Below, one piece after another: positions 10,528-19,531 of a stretch of DNA of 64,000 nucleotides. Every line of letters begins with the position of its first letter. Positions within the stretch are counted from its first letter, which is position 1. The notes under the pieces are model-generated. The model saw only the letters and a list, made by a program, of their open reading frames with translations. It was not told the DNA's origin and searched no databases. Made by a program: the position numbers and the translations under genes. This DNA is from an uncultured Actinomycetes bacterium (GTDB taxonomy: Bacteria; Actinomycetota; Acidimicrobiia; Acidimicrobiales; Microtrichaceae): assembly GCA_903873135.1 (NCBI GenBank), contig CAIQNH010000095.1:1327-65326 (forward strand), in the 5' to 3' direction.

Positions 10528-11591
10528 AGCGGTTCCTGGCCGTGGTCGCCGCGATCGGCATGGTCGCCGCGGCGCTGCTGGTGCGGACCGTGATCGACGG
10601 TGGCTCCGGCGGCGGGGGCGGCAGCTCGGGTGACGGGTCGGCCGACACGACGACCGTGCTGTGCGGACCGGACCTCCGCGAGTTCTGCGAGGCCCTGGCC
10701 GCCGGCGACGACGGCGTGCGCCTCGTGGTCGAGGACGAGGCGGAGACCGTCGCCCGACTGGCCGCCGACGACGCGACGGGACTCGACGCCGACGCCTGGT
10801 TCACCGTCGGCCCGGCGCCGGCGGTGCTGGCCGACGACCGGGCCGCCGCAGGCAGCCGACCGCTCGCCGTCGGGGGCACCTCGGCACCGCTCGCCCGGTC
10901 CCCGGTGGTGCTCGTGGCCGCTGCCGACCGCGCCGACGTGCTGCAGGGCGCCTGCCCGGACGGCGTGGACTGGTCCTGCGTGGGCGGCCTCGCCGGACAG
11001 CCGTGGACGGCCGCCGGCGGTCGCCCCGAGTGGGGGCCCCTCCGCCCGGGTCTCCCTCCTCCGGCGACCGGCGGCGGACTGGCCGTGTGGTCCCAGGCCG
11101 TCTCGAGCGAGACCGTGTCGGTGGACCTCCCGGCGGTGTGGGCCCGCAACGACCTCGACGACCCGACGGTCAGCGCCTGGTTCGACGGGCTGGCCGCCCA
11201 GGCCAAGCGGGCCGGGAGCGCCGGGAGCGATCCGCTGGCCCGGTTCCTCGTGGCCCCGGCCACCTTCGGCGTGGTCGGCGCGCTCGAGGCCGCCGCCGGC
11301 CCGGCCGTGCAGCGGGGCGCGGGACGTACCGCACTGTCCCTCATCTACCCTGAGCCCGTGGTGACCGCGGACGTGACCCTGACCGTGCCCGAGGGCTCGA
11401 GCCCGGACCGGGTGCTCGACGATCTGGGCGGCGACCGGGTCGGACAGCTCCTGGCCGAGCAGGGCTGGCGGGTCCCGGGGCAGCCGGCGGCACCCGGTGT
11501 GGGCGGTGGACCCCCGCTCCCGGAGTCCTCCGGTCTGGCCTCACCCGGCGCCCTGTCGTACCTGCAGCAGCGGTGGGGGGCGGCCCGGTGA
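10524..11591 (+). CDS. membrane-anchored periplasmic-binding-protein-like protein
   Basis: The GTG at 10524 overlaps the upstream stop (GTGA). N-terminal anchor VKRFLAVVAAIGMVAAALLV. The body resembles the N-terminal half of the next gene. Confidence 0.6.
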   Translation: MKRFLAVVAAIGMVAAALLVRTVIDGGSGGGGGSSGDGSADTTTVLCGPDLREFCEALAAGDDGVRLVVEDEAETVARLAADDATGLDADAWFTVGPAPAVLADDRAAAGSRPLAVGGTSAPLARSPVVLVAAADRADVLQGACPDGVDWSCVGGLAGQPWTAAGGRPEWGPLRPGLPPPATGGGLAVWSQAVSSETVSVDLPAVWARNDLDDPTVSAWFDGLAAQAKRAGSAGSDPLARFLVAPATFGVVGALEAAAGPAVQRGAGRTALSLIYPEPVVTADVTLTVPEGSSPDRVLDDLGGDRVGQLLAEQGWRVPGQPAAPGVGGGPPLPESSGLASPGALSYLQQRWGAAR

Positions 11592-13408
11592 GGCGCCCGG
11601 CCTGGATCGCAGCGCTGGTGGCCGTCGCCTCGCTCGCCGCTGCGTGCAGCGGCGGCCAGGGCACCGAGGGCGCCGACGGCGGATCACGACGGCGCCCGGA
11701 GTGCATCCCCGTGGACGCTGCGGTGTCGTCGGAGAAGATCCAGCTGCTCGGCGACCTGGCCCGGTCGTTCAACGAGTCGGGCGCCACCGTGGACGGGACG
11801 TGCATCGACGTCCAGGTCGAGAAGGTCTCCTCCGGTGCCGCCACCACGGCACTGGCCGAGGGGTGGAACGTCGACGAGTACGGCCCGAAGCCCACGATCT
11901 GGTCGCCGGCGGCGAGTTCGTGGGGCCAGATCCTGAACGTGCGGCTGGCTGCGGAGGGCCGACCGCCGATGGTCTCGGACCAGCCGACGTCGTTCATGCT
12001 CACCCCGCTGGTGATCGCCATGCCGGAGCCGATGGCGCGGGCGCTCGGCTGGCCGGACACGCCGATCGGCTGGGCGGACATCCTGCAGCTGTCCCGCTCG
12101 CCGGGCGGGTGGGCGGACTACCAGCACCCCGAGTGGGGAGCCTTCAAGCTCGGCAAGACCAACCCGAACTTCTCCACCTCCGGTCTCTCGGCCCTGATCG
12201 CCCAGAACTACGCCGCGACCGGCACGACCTCGGGCCTCTCGAGCGAGGACCTGGCCAACCCGCAGGTCCAGCAGTACGGCGCCGACATCGAGTCGGCCGT
12301 GGTGCACTACGGCGACATCACCATGACCTTCCTCAACAACTGGTTCCGTGCGGACCGGCGGGGCACGGCGCTCAACTACGCCTCGGCGGTGGCCGTCGAG
12401 GAGAAGTCGGTGATCGACTACAACCGGGGCGACCCGGACGGCGAGCTCGCCCAGGGCGAGGAGCTCCGACCGCCCCGCACCCCGCTCGTGGCCGTCTACC
12501 CGACCGAGGGCACGATCTACTCGGACAACCCGCTCTACATCCTCGACGCCGACTGGGTGTCCCCGCAGCAGCGGGCCGCCGCCGAACAGTTCGAGGCGTT
12601 CGTCCTGCGGCCCGAGAACCAGCAGCGCGTCCTGGCCGCCGGGTTCCGTCCCGGCAACCCCGACGTGCCGCTCGGCGAACCGATCACCACGGCGAACGGG
12701 GTGGATCCGAACCAGCCCCAGACCCTGCTCGAGACCCCGACCGGCGCGGTCATGGACCAGCTGCTCACCAACTGGTCGGAGCAGCGCAAGGGTGCTCGCG
12801 TCCAGCTGGTGCTCGACGTGTCGGGTTCGATGGGCGACCCGGCCGATCCGGACGACCCGTCGGGGCCGACCAAGCTCGACCTCGCGAAGCAGGCCGTGAT
12901 CGACGGACTCGACGAGTTCAAGGACTCCGACCTGGTGGGTCTGCGGGTGTTCACCACCGGCGCCGACGGCTCGGCCGGCACCTACCGCGACCTCAGTCCC
13001 ATCGAGCCGATCGGGGCGAACCGGGAGCGCCTGCGCCGGGCGGTGGAGTCCCTCGTGCCGCTCAACGGCACGCCGCTGTACGAGGTCACCCAGACCTCCT
13101 ACGACCAGATGCTCCAGGCCTACGACCCCGCCCTCATCAACGCCGTGGTCCTGCTCACCGACGGCGTCAACGACGACGGCAACAGCCGCGACGACGCCGA
13201 GCAGTTCCAGCGGCTGCTGCAGTCGGTGAAGGCGACCAGCGACGGGGAGAACTCCCGGCCGGTGCGGATCTTCACCGTCGCCTACGGCGAGGGCGCCGAC
13301 CCCGCTCAGCTCCGCCAGATCGCCGAGGCGTCCAACGCCACCGCCTACCAGGCCACCGACGCCACCACGATCAACCGGGTCTTCTCGTCGGTCATCAGCA
13401 ACTTCTAG
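11588..13408 (+). CDS. substrate-binding-like plus vWA domain lipoprotein
   Basis: The GTG at 11588 overlaps the upstream stop (GTGA). Signal peptide with lipobox LAAAC. C-terminal vWA with MIDAS LDVSGSM, then NGTPLY and LLTDGVNDD. Confidence 0.8.
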   Translation: MRRPAWIAALVAVASLAAACSGGQGTEGADGGSRRRPECIPVDAAVSSEKIQLLGDLARSFNESGATVDGTCIDVQVEKVSSGAATTALAEGWNVDEYGPKPTIWSPAASSWGQILNVRLAAEGRPPMVSDQPTSFMLTPLVIAMPEPMARALGWPDTPIGWADILQLSRSPGGWADYQHPEWGAFKLGKTNPNFSTSGLSALIAQNYAATGTTSGLSSEDLANPQVQQYGADIESAVVHYGDITMTFLNNWFRADRRGTALNYASAVAVEEKSVIDYNRGDPDGELAQGEELRPPRTPLVAVYPTEGTIYSDNPLYILDADWVSPQQRAAAEQFEAFVLRPENQQRVLAAGFRPGNPDVPLGEPITTANGVDPNQPQTLLETPTGAVMDQLLTNWSEQRKGARVQLVLDVSGSMGDPADPDDPSGPTKLDLAKQAVIDGLDEFKDSDLVGLRVFTTGADGSAGTYRDLSPIEPIGANRERLRRAVESLVPLNGTPLYEVTQTSYDQMLQAYDPALINAVVLLTDGVNDDGNSRDDAEQFQRLLQSVKATSDGENSRPVRIFTVAYGEGADPAQLRQIAEASNATAYQATDATTINRVFSSVISNF

Positions 13409-13451
13409 GCCGGAGCCGTCGGCGACCCGGCGCATCTGCAAGCCTTGCACC

Positions 13452-14207
13452 ATGGCGTCGTTCCGTGACCGCTTCCTGACCCCGAAGGTGGCCAACGCCA
13501 CCACCTCGCCCTCGGCGATCGTCGCCGCCGGCGCGGGAGCGGCGGTCGGGATCCTGGTCGGCCTCGGACCGATCGGTGCGGTCGTGGGGGCGATCGGGGC
13601 GTGGGCCGTGCGGGTGCTCGCCGCGGTCCCGAAGGACCCGAACGCCCTGCGGGTCGACCCCCGACGGCTCAGCGAGCCCTGGCGCGGGCTGCTGCAGGCC
13701 GTGGTCGACGCCCGACGCCGCTTCGACGAGGCCGTGGACGGGGTGCGGCCCGGACCGCTGCGGGACCGCCTGGGCGAGCTCGGTGATCGGCTCGACGTGG
13801 CCGTCGCAGAGGCTGCCCGGGTGGCGGGCGCCGGCAACACGCTCCAGCAGGGCCGGGGACGGATCGACACGCGGGCCATCCAGGCCGAGCTCGACACCGC
13901 CCGTCACTACGGCGACGCCGGCGGCAACGCGCAGGTGGTCGCCGCGCTCGAGGCGCAGCTCGCCTCGGCGGCGCGGCTCGACTCGACCATGCAGTCCACC
14001 TGGGACCGGCTGCGGCTCCTCGACGCCCGGATCGACGAGGCCGTGACCCGGACGGTGGAGCTCTCCGTCACCCAGGCCGACACCTCCGAGCTGGGCGGCC
14101 TCGACACCGAGGTCGACTCGATCGTCGGCGAGATGGAGGCGCTCCGGCAGGCCATCGAGGAGACGAGCGCCACGCCGGGGACCGGGCTCACCGGGACCGC
14201 CGGGTGA
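13452..14207 (+). CDS. membrane-anchored coiled-coil protein (unknown; PspA/TelA-like helical character)
   Basis: Gly/Ala-rich TM segment (AIVAAGAGAAVGILVGLGPIGAVVGAIGAWAV) followed by ~190 aa of helical Ala/Leu/Arg/Asp/Glu-rich sequence. The stop overlaps the murJ GTG. Confidence 0.6.
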   Translation: MASFRDRFLTPKVANATTSPSAIVAAGAGAAVGILVGLGPIGAVVGAIGAWAVRVLAAVPKDPNALRVDPRRLSEPWRGLLQAVVDARRRFDEAVDGVRPGPLRDRLGELGDRLDVAVAEAARVAGAGNTLQQGRGRIDTRAIQAELDTARHYGDAGGNAQVVAALEAQLASAARLDSTMQSTWDRLRLLDARIDEAVTRTVELSVTQADTSELGGLDTEVDSIVGEMEALRQAIEETSATPGTGLTGTAG

Positions 14208-16036
14208 GCCCGGAGTCGAACGACCCCGACCAGGTCCGTCGGGACGAGGACGAGGAGTTCGCCCTCGCCGAGTCGCTCGGCGACGACGCCGCCGTGGTGG
14301 CCCGCACCGAGGCGCACCTCCGGGCCGAGCGAGGGAGTGGGACCGGGGCGGACGGCGCCACAGCGGGCACGGGCGGAGCCGGCAGCGGCGACGCGGGGTT
14401 CGCCGCCCGACGCTCCCGCAGCCTGCTCCGGGCGAGCTCCGCGCCAGCGGTCGGCACGGCGCTGTCCCGGGTCACGGGGCTGGTGCGCATCGCCGCCCTC
14501 ACGGCGGCGCTGGGTCTCACCGAGGTCGCCGACGTCTACAACCTGGCCAACACCACCCCGAACATCCTCTACGAGCTCGTGCTCGGCGGTGTCCTCTCCT
14601 CCACCCTGGTGCCACTGTTCGTCCGGGCGTTCGACGACCCCGACGACGAGTCCGCCTCGGCCCTCACCACCGTGTCGTTCGTGGCGATCGTGGCCCTGAC
14701 GCTCCTGGTCACGCTGCTCGCGCCGCTGATCAACCTGCTGTTCGCGCTGCCCCTCGAGGGCGAGCAGCGCCGGCAGCAGCTGGCCATCGGCGACGACCTC
14801 ATGGGGCTGCTGCTGCCACAGGTCTTCTTCTACGGCCTCGTCACGCTGTTCACGGCACTCCTGCACGCCCGACGCCGATTCGCCGCACCGGCGTTCGTCC
14901 CGGTGCTCACCAACCTGATCACGGCCGCCGCCGCGCTGGCGAGCGTCGCCTGGGCGACGTCACGCGGCGGGACCACCCAGCTCTGGATCCTGGGGCTCGG
15001 CACCACCGCCGGCGTGGCCGCCATGGCGTTCGCCCTGCTGCCGTCCATCCGCCGCTCCGACCTGCGCCTGCGCTGGGACTTCCGGCCGCGCCACCCGGCC
15101 GTGCGCAGGCTCGTCGGCATCTCCGGCTGGGTGGTCGGCTACGCGGCGTCCAATCAGGTGGCGTTCCTCGTCATCCTCGGCCTGGCGGTGACGCTCGAGA
15201 CCGGGGCGCTCTCCGCGTTCATCTACTCGTTCGCGTTCTTCCAGCTGCCCTACGGCCTGATCGCCGTCTCCATCACCACGGCGTCCCTCCCCGAGCTCGC
15301 CGAGGCCGCCGCCGGCGGTCGCCACCGTGACTTCGCCCGCCGGTTCACCGAGGGGACGAGCCTCCTGGTGGCGTTCATGGTGCCGGCGGCGATCGGCCTG
15401 TTCCTCCTGGCCCGACCCCTGGTCGAGCTGGTGCTGCAGCGCGGGAACTTCGACGCGACCGACACGGCGCTCACCGCCGAGATGCTCCAGGGCTTCGCCG
15501 TGGGTCTGCCGGCGTTCTCCGTGTACCTGTTCGCCGTGCGGGCGTTCTACTCGCGGCAGGACACCCGGACGCCGTTCTGGCTGAACCTCGGCCAGAACGT
15601 CCTGAACGTCGCCGTCATGTTCCCCCTCGCTGCGGCGCTGGGCGGCGCCGGCCTGGCGCTCGCCTACTCGCTCAGCTACTGGGTGGTCGCCGCCGTGGCG
15701 CTCGTGGTGCTGAGGCGGTCGCTCCGACGCACCGCCGCCGCTGATCCGGACGCAGCCGATCGGCCCCCGGTGGAGCTGTTCGGTCGCCCGGGCGCCTCGG
15801 CGCTGGCCCGGGCGGCCGGGGTCGGTCTGGTGGTGGCGGTCGTGCTCGGCGGGCTGTTCCTGGCGCTCCGTCCCGACACGGACGACCGACCGCTCCTCGA
15901 GGTGGTCCTCGGGGTCGGCGTGGGCCTCGCCACCTTCGCGGCAGCGACCGCCGTCCTGCGACCGAACGGGTTCGAGCCCGTGTTCCGGCTGGTCGGCTCC
16001 GGCTGGCGGAGTCGGGGACGAGGGATCGGTGGCTAG
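14204..16036 (+). CDS. murJ: lipid II flippase MurJ/MviN
   Basis: 610 aa polytopic protein. Motif SRVTGLVRIAALTAALGLTEVADVYNLANTTPNILYELVLGGVLSS, preceded by an acidic N-terminal extension. Confidence 0.9.
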   Translation: MSPESNDPDQVRRDEDEEFALAESLGDDAAVVARTEAHLRAERGSGTGADGATAGTGGAGSGDAGFAARRSRSLLRASSAPAVGTALSRVTGLVRIAALTAALGLTEVADVYNLANTTPNILYELVLGGVLSSTLVPLFVRAFDDPDDESASALTTVSFVAIVALTLLVTLLAPLINLLFALPLEGEQRRQQLAIGDDLMGLLLPQVFFYGLVTLFTALLHARRRFAAPAFVPVLTNLITAAAALASVAWATSRGGTTQLWILGLGTTAGVAAMAFALLPSIRRSDLRLRWDFRPRHPAVRRLVGISGWVVGYAASNQVAFLVILGLAVTLETGALSAFIYSFAFFQLPYGLIAVSITTASLPELAEAAAGGRHRDFARRFTEGTSLLVAFMVPAAIGLFLLARPLVELVLQRGNFDATDTALTAEMLQGFAVGLPAFSVYLFAVRAFYSRQDTRTPFWLNLGQNVLNVAVMFPLAAALGGAGLALAYSLSYWVVAAVALVVLRRSLRRTAAADPDAADRPPVELFGRPGASALARAAGVGLVVAVVLGGLFLALRPDTDDRPLLEVVLGVGVGLATFAAATAVLRPNGFEPVFRLVGSGWRSRGRGIGG

Positions 16037-16078
16037 GCTCTCGCCCCGAGCGTCCACGCGCCGACGAGGAGAGCAACC

Positions 16079-16921
16079 ATGTGGAAGTCGATCAAGAAGT
16101 TCTGGAAGTACCTCGGCGCCAAGCTGAACAGTGCGTTCAACGAGGCGGCCGACCCCAAGATCCAGCTCGAGCAGGCCATCACCGAGGCCCAGGAGCAGCA
16201 CCGCAAGCTCAAGGAGCAGGCGGCGAACGTCATCGCCAACCAGAAGCAGACCCAGACGCGCCTCGACGAGGCCCTGGGGCAGCTCGAACAGCTGAACCGC
16301 AACGCCCAGCAGGCCGTCCTCATGGCCGACGAGTCGACCCGCGCCGGTGACGCCGCCAAGGCCGCCGAGTACACCTCCGCCGCGGAGGCCATCGCCAACC
16401 AGCTCATCGCCAAGGAGCAGGACATCGAGGGTCTCAAGACCCTGGCCCTGCAGGCCACCCAGGCCGCCGAGCAGGCCAAGGCCGCGGTGCAGCAGAACTC
16501 CCGGGTGCTGCAGCAGAAGCTCGCCGAGAAGCAGCGGCTCCTCTCCCAGCTCGACCAGGCCAAGATGCAGGAGCAGATGAACTCGGCCATGTCGTCGCTC
16601 AGCGAGCAGGTGGGCGAGGACGTCCCGACGCTGGCCGAGGTCAAGGAGAAGATCGAGGCCCGCCACGCCAAGGCCAAGGGCATGGCCGAGATCCAGGACA
16701 TGTCGGTCGAGTCCCGGATCGTCGAGATCGAGCAGGCGGCCGTCAACGTCGAGGCGCAGGCCCGACTGTCGGAGATCCGCTCGAAGCTCGGGATCGGCGA
16801 CCCGACGACGGCCCCGGCGGCCACGGCGGCCGCCGCCGGCTCGGGAGCTGCGGCCGCACCGGCCGCCGATCCGGCGCCGACCGAGGACCCGGGCGACGAC
16901 ACGCCCACCTCGAGCAGCTGA
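16079..16921 (+). CDS. pspA: PspA/IM30 family protein
   Basis: GAGGAGA lies upstream of the ATG. N-terminal amphipathic MWKSIKKFWKYLGAKLN, then a long coiled coil (IQLEQAITEAQEQHRKLKEQ...) and an Ala/Pro-rich tail. Confidence 0.9.
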   Translation: MWKSIKKFWKYLGAKLNSAFNEAADPKIQLEQAITEAQEQHRKLKEQAANVIANQKQTQTRLDEALGQLEQLNRNAQQAVLMADESTRAGDAAKAAEYTSAAEAIANQLIAKEQDIEGLKTLALQATQAAEQAKAAVQQNSRVLQQKLAEKQRLLSQLDQAKMQEQMNSAMSSLSEQVGEDVPTLAEVKEKIEARHAKAKGMAEIQDMSVESRIVEIEQAAVNVEAQARLSEIRSKLGIGDPTTAPAATAAAAGSGAAAAPAADPAPTEDPGDDTPTSSS

Positions 16922-16928
16922 TCGCCGA

Positions 16929-16948
16929 CTGCGGCTGAGCGCCCGCAG
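16929..16948. terminator. GC hairpin between convergent pspA and proB (possible bidirectional terminator)
   Basis: CTGCGG-ctgagcgc-CCGCAG, a 6 bp stem in the 36 nt gap. No clear U-tract. Confidence 0.35.
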
Positions 16949-16957
16949 CCGGGCGGC

Positions 16958-18046
16958 TCAGTCGGGCAGCACCACCAGGTCGTCCACGTGGACGACCTCC
17001 CCGTCGCGGTCCCCGAGCTCGGACGAACGCCGACCGGCGATCCCTCGGAGGTCCTCGGCGCCCACGGCCACGAGCCCCTTGGCCACCACCTGCCCGTCGG
17101 GACGGGTCACCTCCACGGCGTCGCCCGGGTCGAAGCTGCCCCGGACGTCCACGACCCCGGCGGCCAGCAGCGAGCGGCCGCCGCCGGCGATCGCTGCCGC
17201 AGCACCGTCGTCGACCACGACCGTGCCCGCCGGCGCCACCGCGAAGGCGATCCAGAGCTTCCGGGCGTTCAGACCCGTGGCCCGGGGCAGGACGGTGGTC
17301 CCCACGCCGCTCGCCCCGACGATCGCGTCGGCGAGCACGTCGGGTCGGTCCGCCTGGGCGATCACGGCCCGGACCCCGGCCCACGCAGCCATCTTGGCCG
17401 CGGCCAGCTTGGAGGCCATGCCACCCGAGCCCCGGTCGGTTCCGGTCCCCCCGGCCAGCTCCTCGAGGCTGGCGTCGACCGCCACGATCTCCTCGATGAG
17501 CGACGCGTGGGCCGCGACCCGGGGGTCGGCGTCCATGAGGCCCGGGGTGTCGGTGAGCAGGACGACCAGCTCGCACCCCGCCAACTGTGCGAGCAGCGCG
17601 GCGATCCGGTCGTTGTCGCCGAAGCGGATCTCGTCGTCGGCGATCACGTCGTTCTCGTTGACGACCGGGACCACGCCCAGCTCGAGCAGGCGGTCGGTGG
17701 TGGCCCGGGCGTGGAGGTACTGGCTGCGCACCATGAAGTCGAGCGGCGCCAGGAGCACCTGTCCGGCCACCAGTCCGTGGGTCGCCAGGTGGCGGGACCA
17801 GGTCTGCACGAGCTGGGCCTGACCGACCGCCGAGACCGCCTGGAGCGTGCGGGCGTCGACCGGCCGGGTCCCGATCCCGAGCACGGGCAGTCCGGCGGCG
17901 ACCGCGCCCGAGGTCACGACGAGCACTTCGTGCCCTGCGGCTCGGGCGGCGGCGATCTCGGCGGCGGCCTTGGCCACGGCCGCCTCGTCGATCCGTCCGG
18001 CGTCGTCGGTGAGGCTGGACGTCCCGTACTTGGCGACGAGCCTCAC
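16958..18046 (-). CDS. proB: glutamate 5-kinase with PUA domain
   Basis: The GTG at 18046 overlaps the obg stop (GTGA). Motifs VAKYGTSSL, VVTSGAVAAG and FGDNDRIAALLA. Confidence 0.9.
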   Translation of the reverse strand: MRLVAKYGTSSLTDDAGRIDEAAVAKAAAEIAAARAAGHEVLVVTSGAVAAGLPVLGIGTRPVDARTLQAVSAVGQAQLVQTWSRHLATHGLVAGQVLLAPLDFMVRSQYLHARATTDRLLELGVVPVVNENDVIADDEIRFGDNDRIAALLAQLAGCELVVLLTDTPGLMDADPRVAAHASLIEEIVAVDASLEELAGGTGTDRGSGGMASKLAAAKMAAWAGVRAVIAQADRPDVLADAIVGASGVGTTVLPRATGLNARKLWIAFAVAPAGTVVVDDGAAAAIAGGGRSLLAAGVVDVRGSFDPGDAVEVTRPDGQVVAKGLVAVGAEDLRGIAGRRSSELGDRDGEVVHVDDLVVLPD

Positions 18047-19440
18047 GAGCGACCTCCGGAGCGGTCGGTCGGGGCCTCGTCGAAGGGCTGCACGTCGAGC
18101 TCGTCGACGGTGTCGAACGTGAACGTGAACGCACCGATGTGGACCACGTCGCCGTTGCGGGCCCCGGCCCGGGCCAGCGCCCGGTCCACCCCCAGTCGGT
18201 CGAGCCGGCGACGGGCCTCGTCGAGAGCGTCGGCGTTGCCCAGGTCGGAGAACCCGACGGCCCGGAGCGCCGCCCGGCCGAGCACCTCGAAGCTCGCGTC
18301 GTCGTGTCGGACGATGCGGACGCCCTCGGGGACCGGACGCAGCGTCACGAAGCCGTCGGGTTCGGGCTCCCGGCGTCGCGCCCGTTCGACCTGCTGGCGG
18401 AGACGGCCGAGCAGCCGGTCGACGTGCAGGCCGGTGACCGCCGAGATGGCGAGCGGCGTGGTGCCGACGCCGTCCGGGTCGTCGGAGCGATCGGTGCCGG
18501 TGGTCGGGTCGATCCCCTCCCACCACGAGTCGAGCACGTCGGGCTCGGCCAGGTCGGCGCGGGAGCCGACCACCACGCGGGGACGCTCCACGAGTCCGTC
18601 GGCCTCGGTCCCGAGGCGCACCTCGTAGCGGGCGAGCTCGTCGAGCAGGACCCGGTACTGCGCTGCGGGCGGGGCGGCCGCCGTCGGCGAGAGGTCGCAC
18701 AGGACGAGCAGCACCCGGGCCCGCTCGACGTGACGGAGGAACCGGTGCCCGAGGCCCCGGCCCTCGGCAGCCCCCTCGATCAGGCCGGGGACGTCGGCCA
18801 CGACCATCTCGAACGCGTCCGAGCCCTCGCCGAGGCGGACCACGCCGAGCTGGGGCTCGAGCGTGGTGAACGGGTAGTCGCCGATCTTGGGACGGGCGGC
18901 CGAGATGCGCGAGATGAGCGTGGACTTGCCGACGTTGGGGAACCCGATGATGGCGACGTCGGCGAGGAGCTTGAGGTCCAGCCAGATCCACCGCTCCTCA
19001 CCGGCCTCACCCTGCTCGGCGAACGACGGGGCCCGACGACGGTTGGACAGGAACCGGGCGTTGCCCTTGCCGCCCACGCCGCCGGAGGCGGCGAGCCAGC
19101 GGTCGCCGTGTCCCGGCAGGTCGGCCAGCACGACGCCGTCGCGGTCCCGCACGACGGTACCCACGGGCACGGCCACCTCGAGGTCCTGACCACTCGCACC
19201 GTGGCGCCGACGGCCGGAGCCGTGGGTGCCGGACCGGGCTCGACGGTGGGGGTGGTCCCGGAAGGCGAGCAGCGAGGCGACGTTGCGGTCGGCGACCAAC
19301 CAGACGTCGCCACCGGACCCGCCGTCGCCACCGTCCGGCCCACCCATCGGGGTGTGCGACTCCCGCCGGAACGAGACGCAACCCGCGCCGCCGTCACCAC
19401 CGCGGACGTTCAGGGCGCACTCGTCGACGAAGTTCGACAC
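18043..19440 (-). CDS. obg: GTPase Obg/CgtA
   Basis: Motifs FVDECALNVRGGDGGAGCVSFRRE and GFPNVGKST. C-terminal extension. Confidence 0.95.
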   Translation of the reverse strand: MSNFVDECALNVRGGDGGAGCVSFRRESHTPMGGPDGGDGGSGGDVWLVADRNVASLLAFRDHPHRRARSGTHGSGRRRHGASGQDLEVAVPVGTVVRDRDGVVLADLPGHGDRWLAASGGVGGKGNARFLSNRRRAPSFAEQGEAGEERWIWLDLKLLADVAIIGFPNVGKSTLISRISAARPKIGDYPFTTLEPQLGVVRLGEGSDAFEMVVADVPGLIEGAAEGRGLGHRFLRHVERARVLLVLCDLSPTAAAPPAAQYRVLLDELARYEVRLGTEADGLVERPRVVVGSRADLAEPDVLDSWWEGIDPTTGTDRSDDPDGVGTTPLAISAVTGLHVDRLLGRLRQQVERARRREPEPDGFVTLRPVPEGVRIVRHDDASFEVLGRAALRAVGFSDLGNADALDEARRRLDRLGVDRALARAGARNGDVVHIGAFTFTFDTVDELDVQPFDEAPTDRSGGRS

Positions 19441-19446
19441 CCGAGC

Positions 19447-19452
19447 ACCCTA
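19447..19452 (-). promoter_or_regulatory. -10 hexamer TAGGGT for leaderless obg
   Basis: The TANNNT hexamer ends 6 nt upstream of the obg GTG at 19440. Confidence 0.4.
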
Positions 19453-19519
19453 GATGCCCGCTCCGCTGGACCGGTGGTGGCTTCGTGCCCCGGTCGCCGA
19501 CACCGTCACAGGGCACCCG

Positions 19520-19525
19520 TACGAT
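19520..19525 (+). promoter_or_regulatory. -10 hexamer TACGAT for the leaderless dGTPase-like gene
   Basis: TACGAT, then 6 nt, then the in-frame GTG at 19532. Confidence 0.4.
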
Positions 19526-19531
19526 GGCGCC

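Noticed and set aside
19454-19531. ATG at 19454 as the dGTPase-like start, and ATG at 57284 as the cofC start forming a CATG overlap with gpsA.
   Set aside because: These would leave 13 nt or 0 nt between divergent start codons, with the partner gene's -10 hexamer lying inside or on the start. Downstream in-frame GTGs with proper TANNNT spacing fit better. The alternatives are not excluded without N-terminal data.
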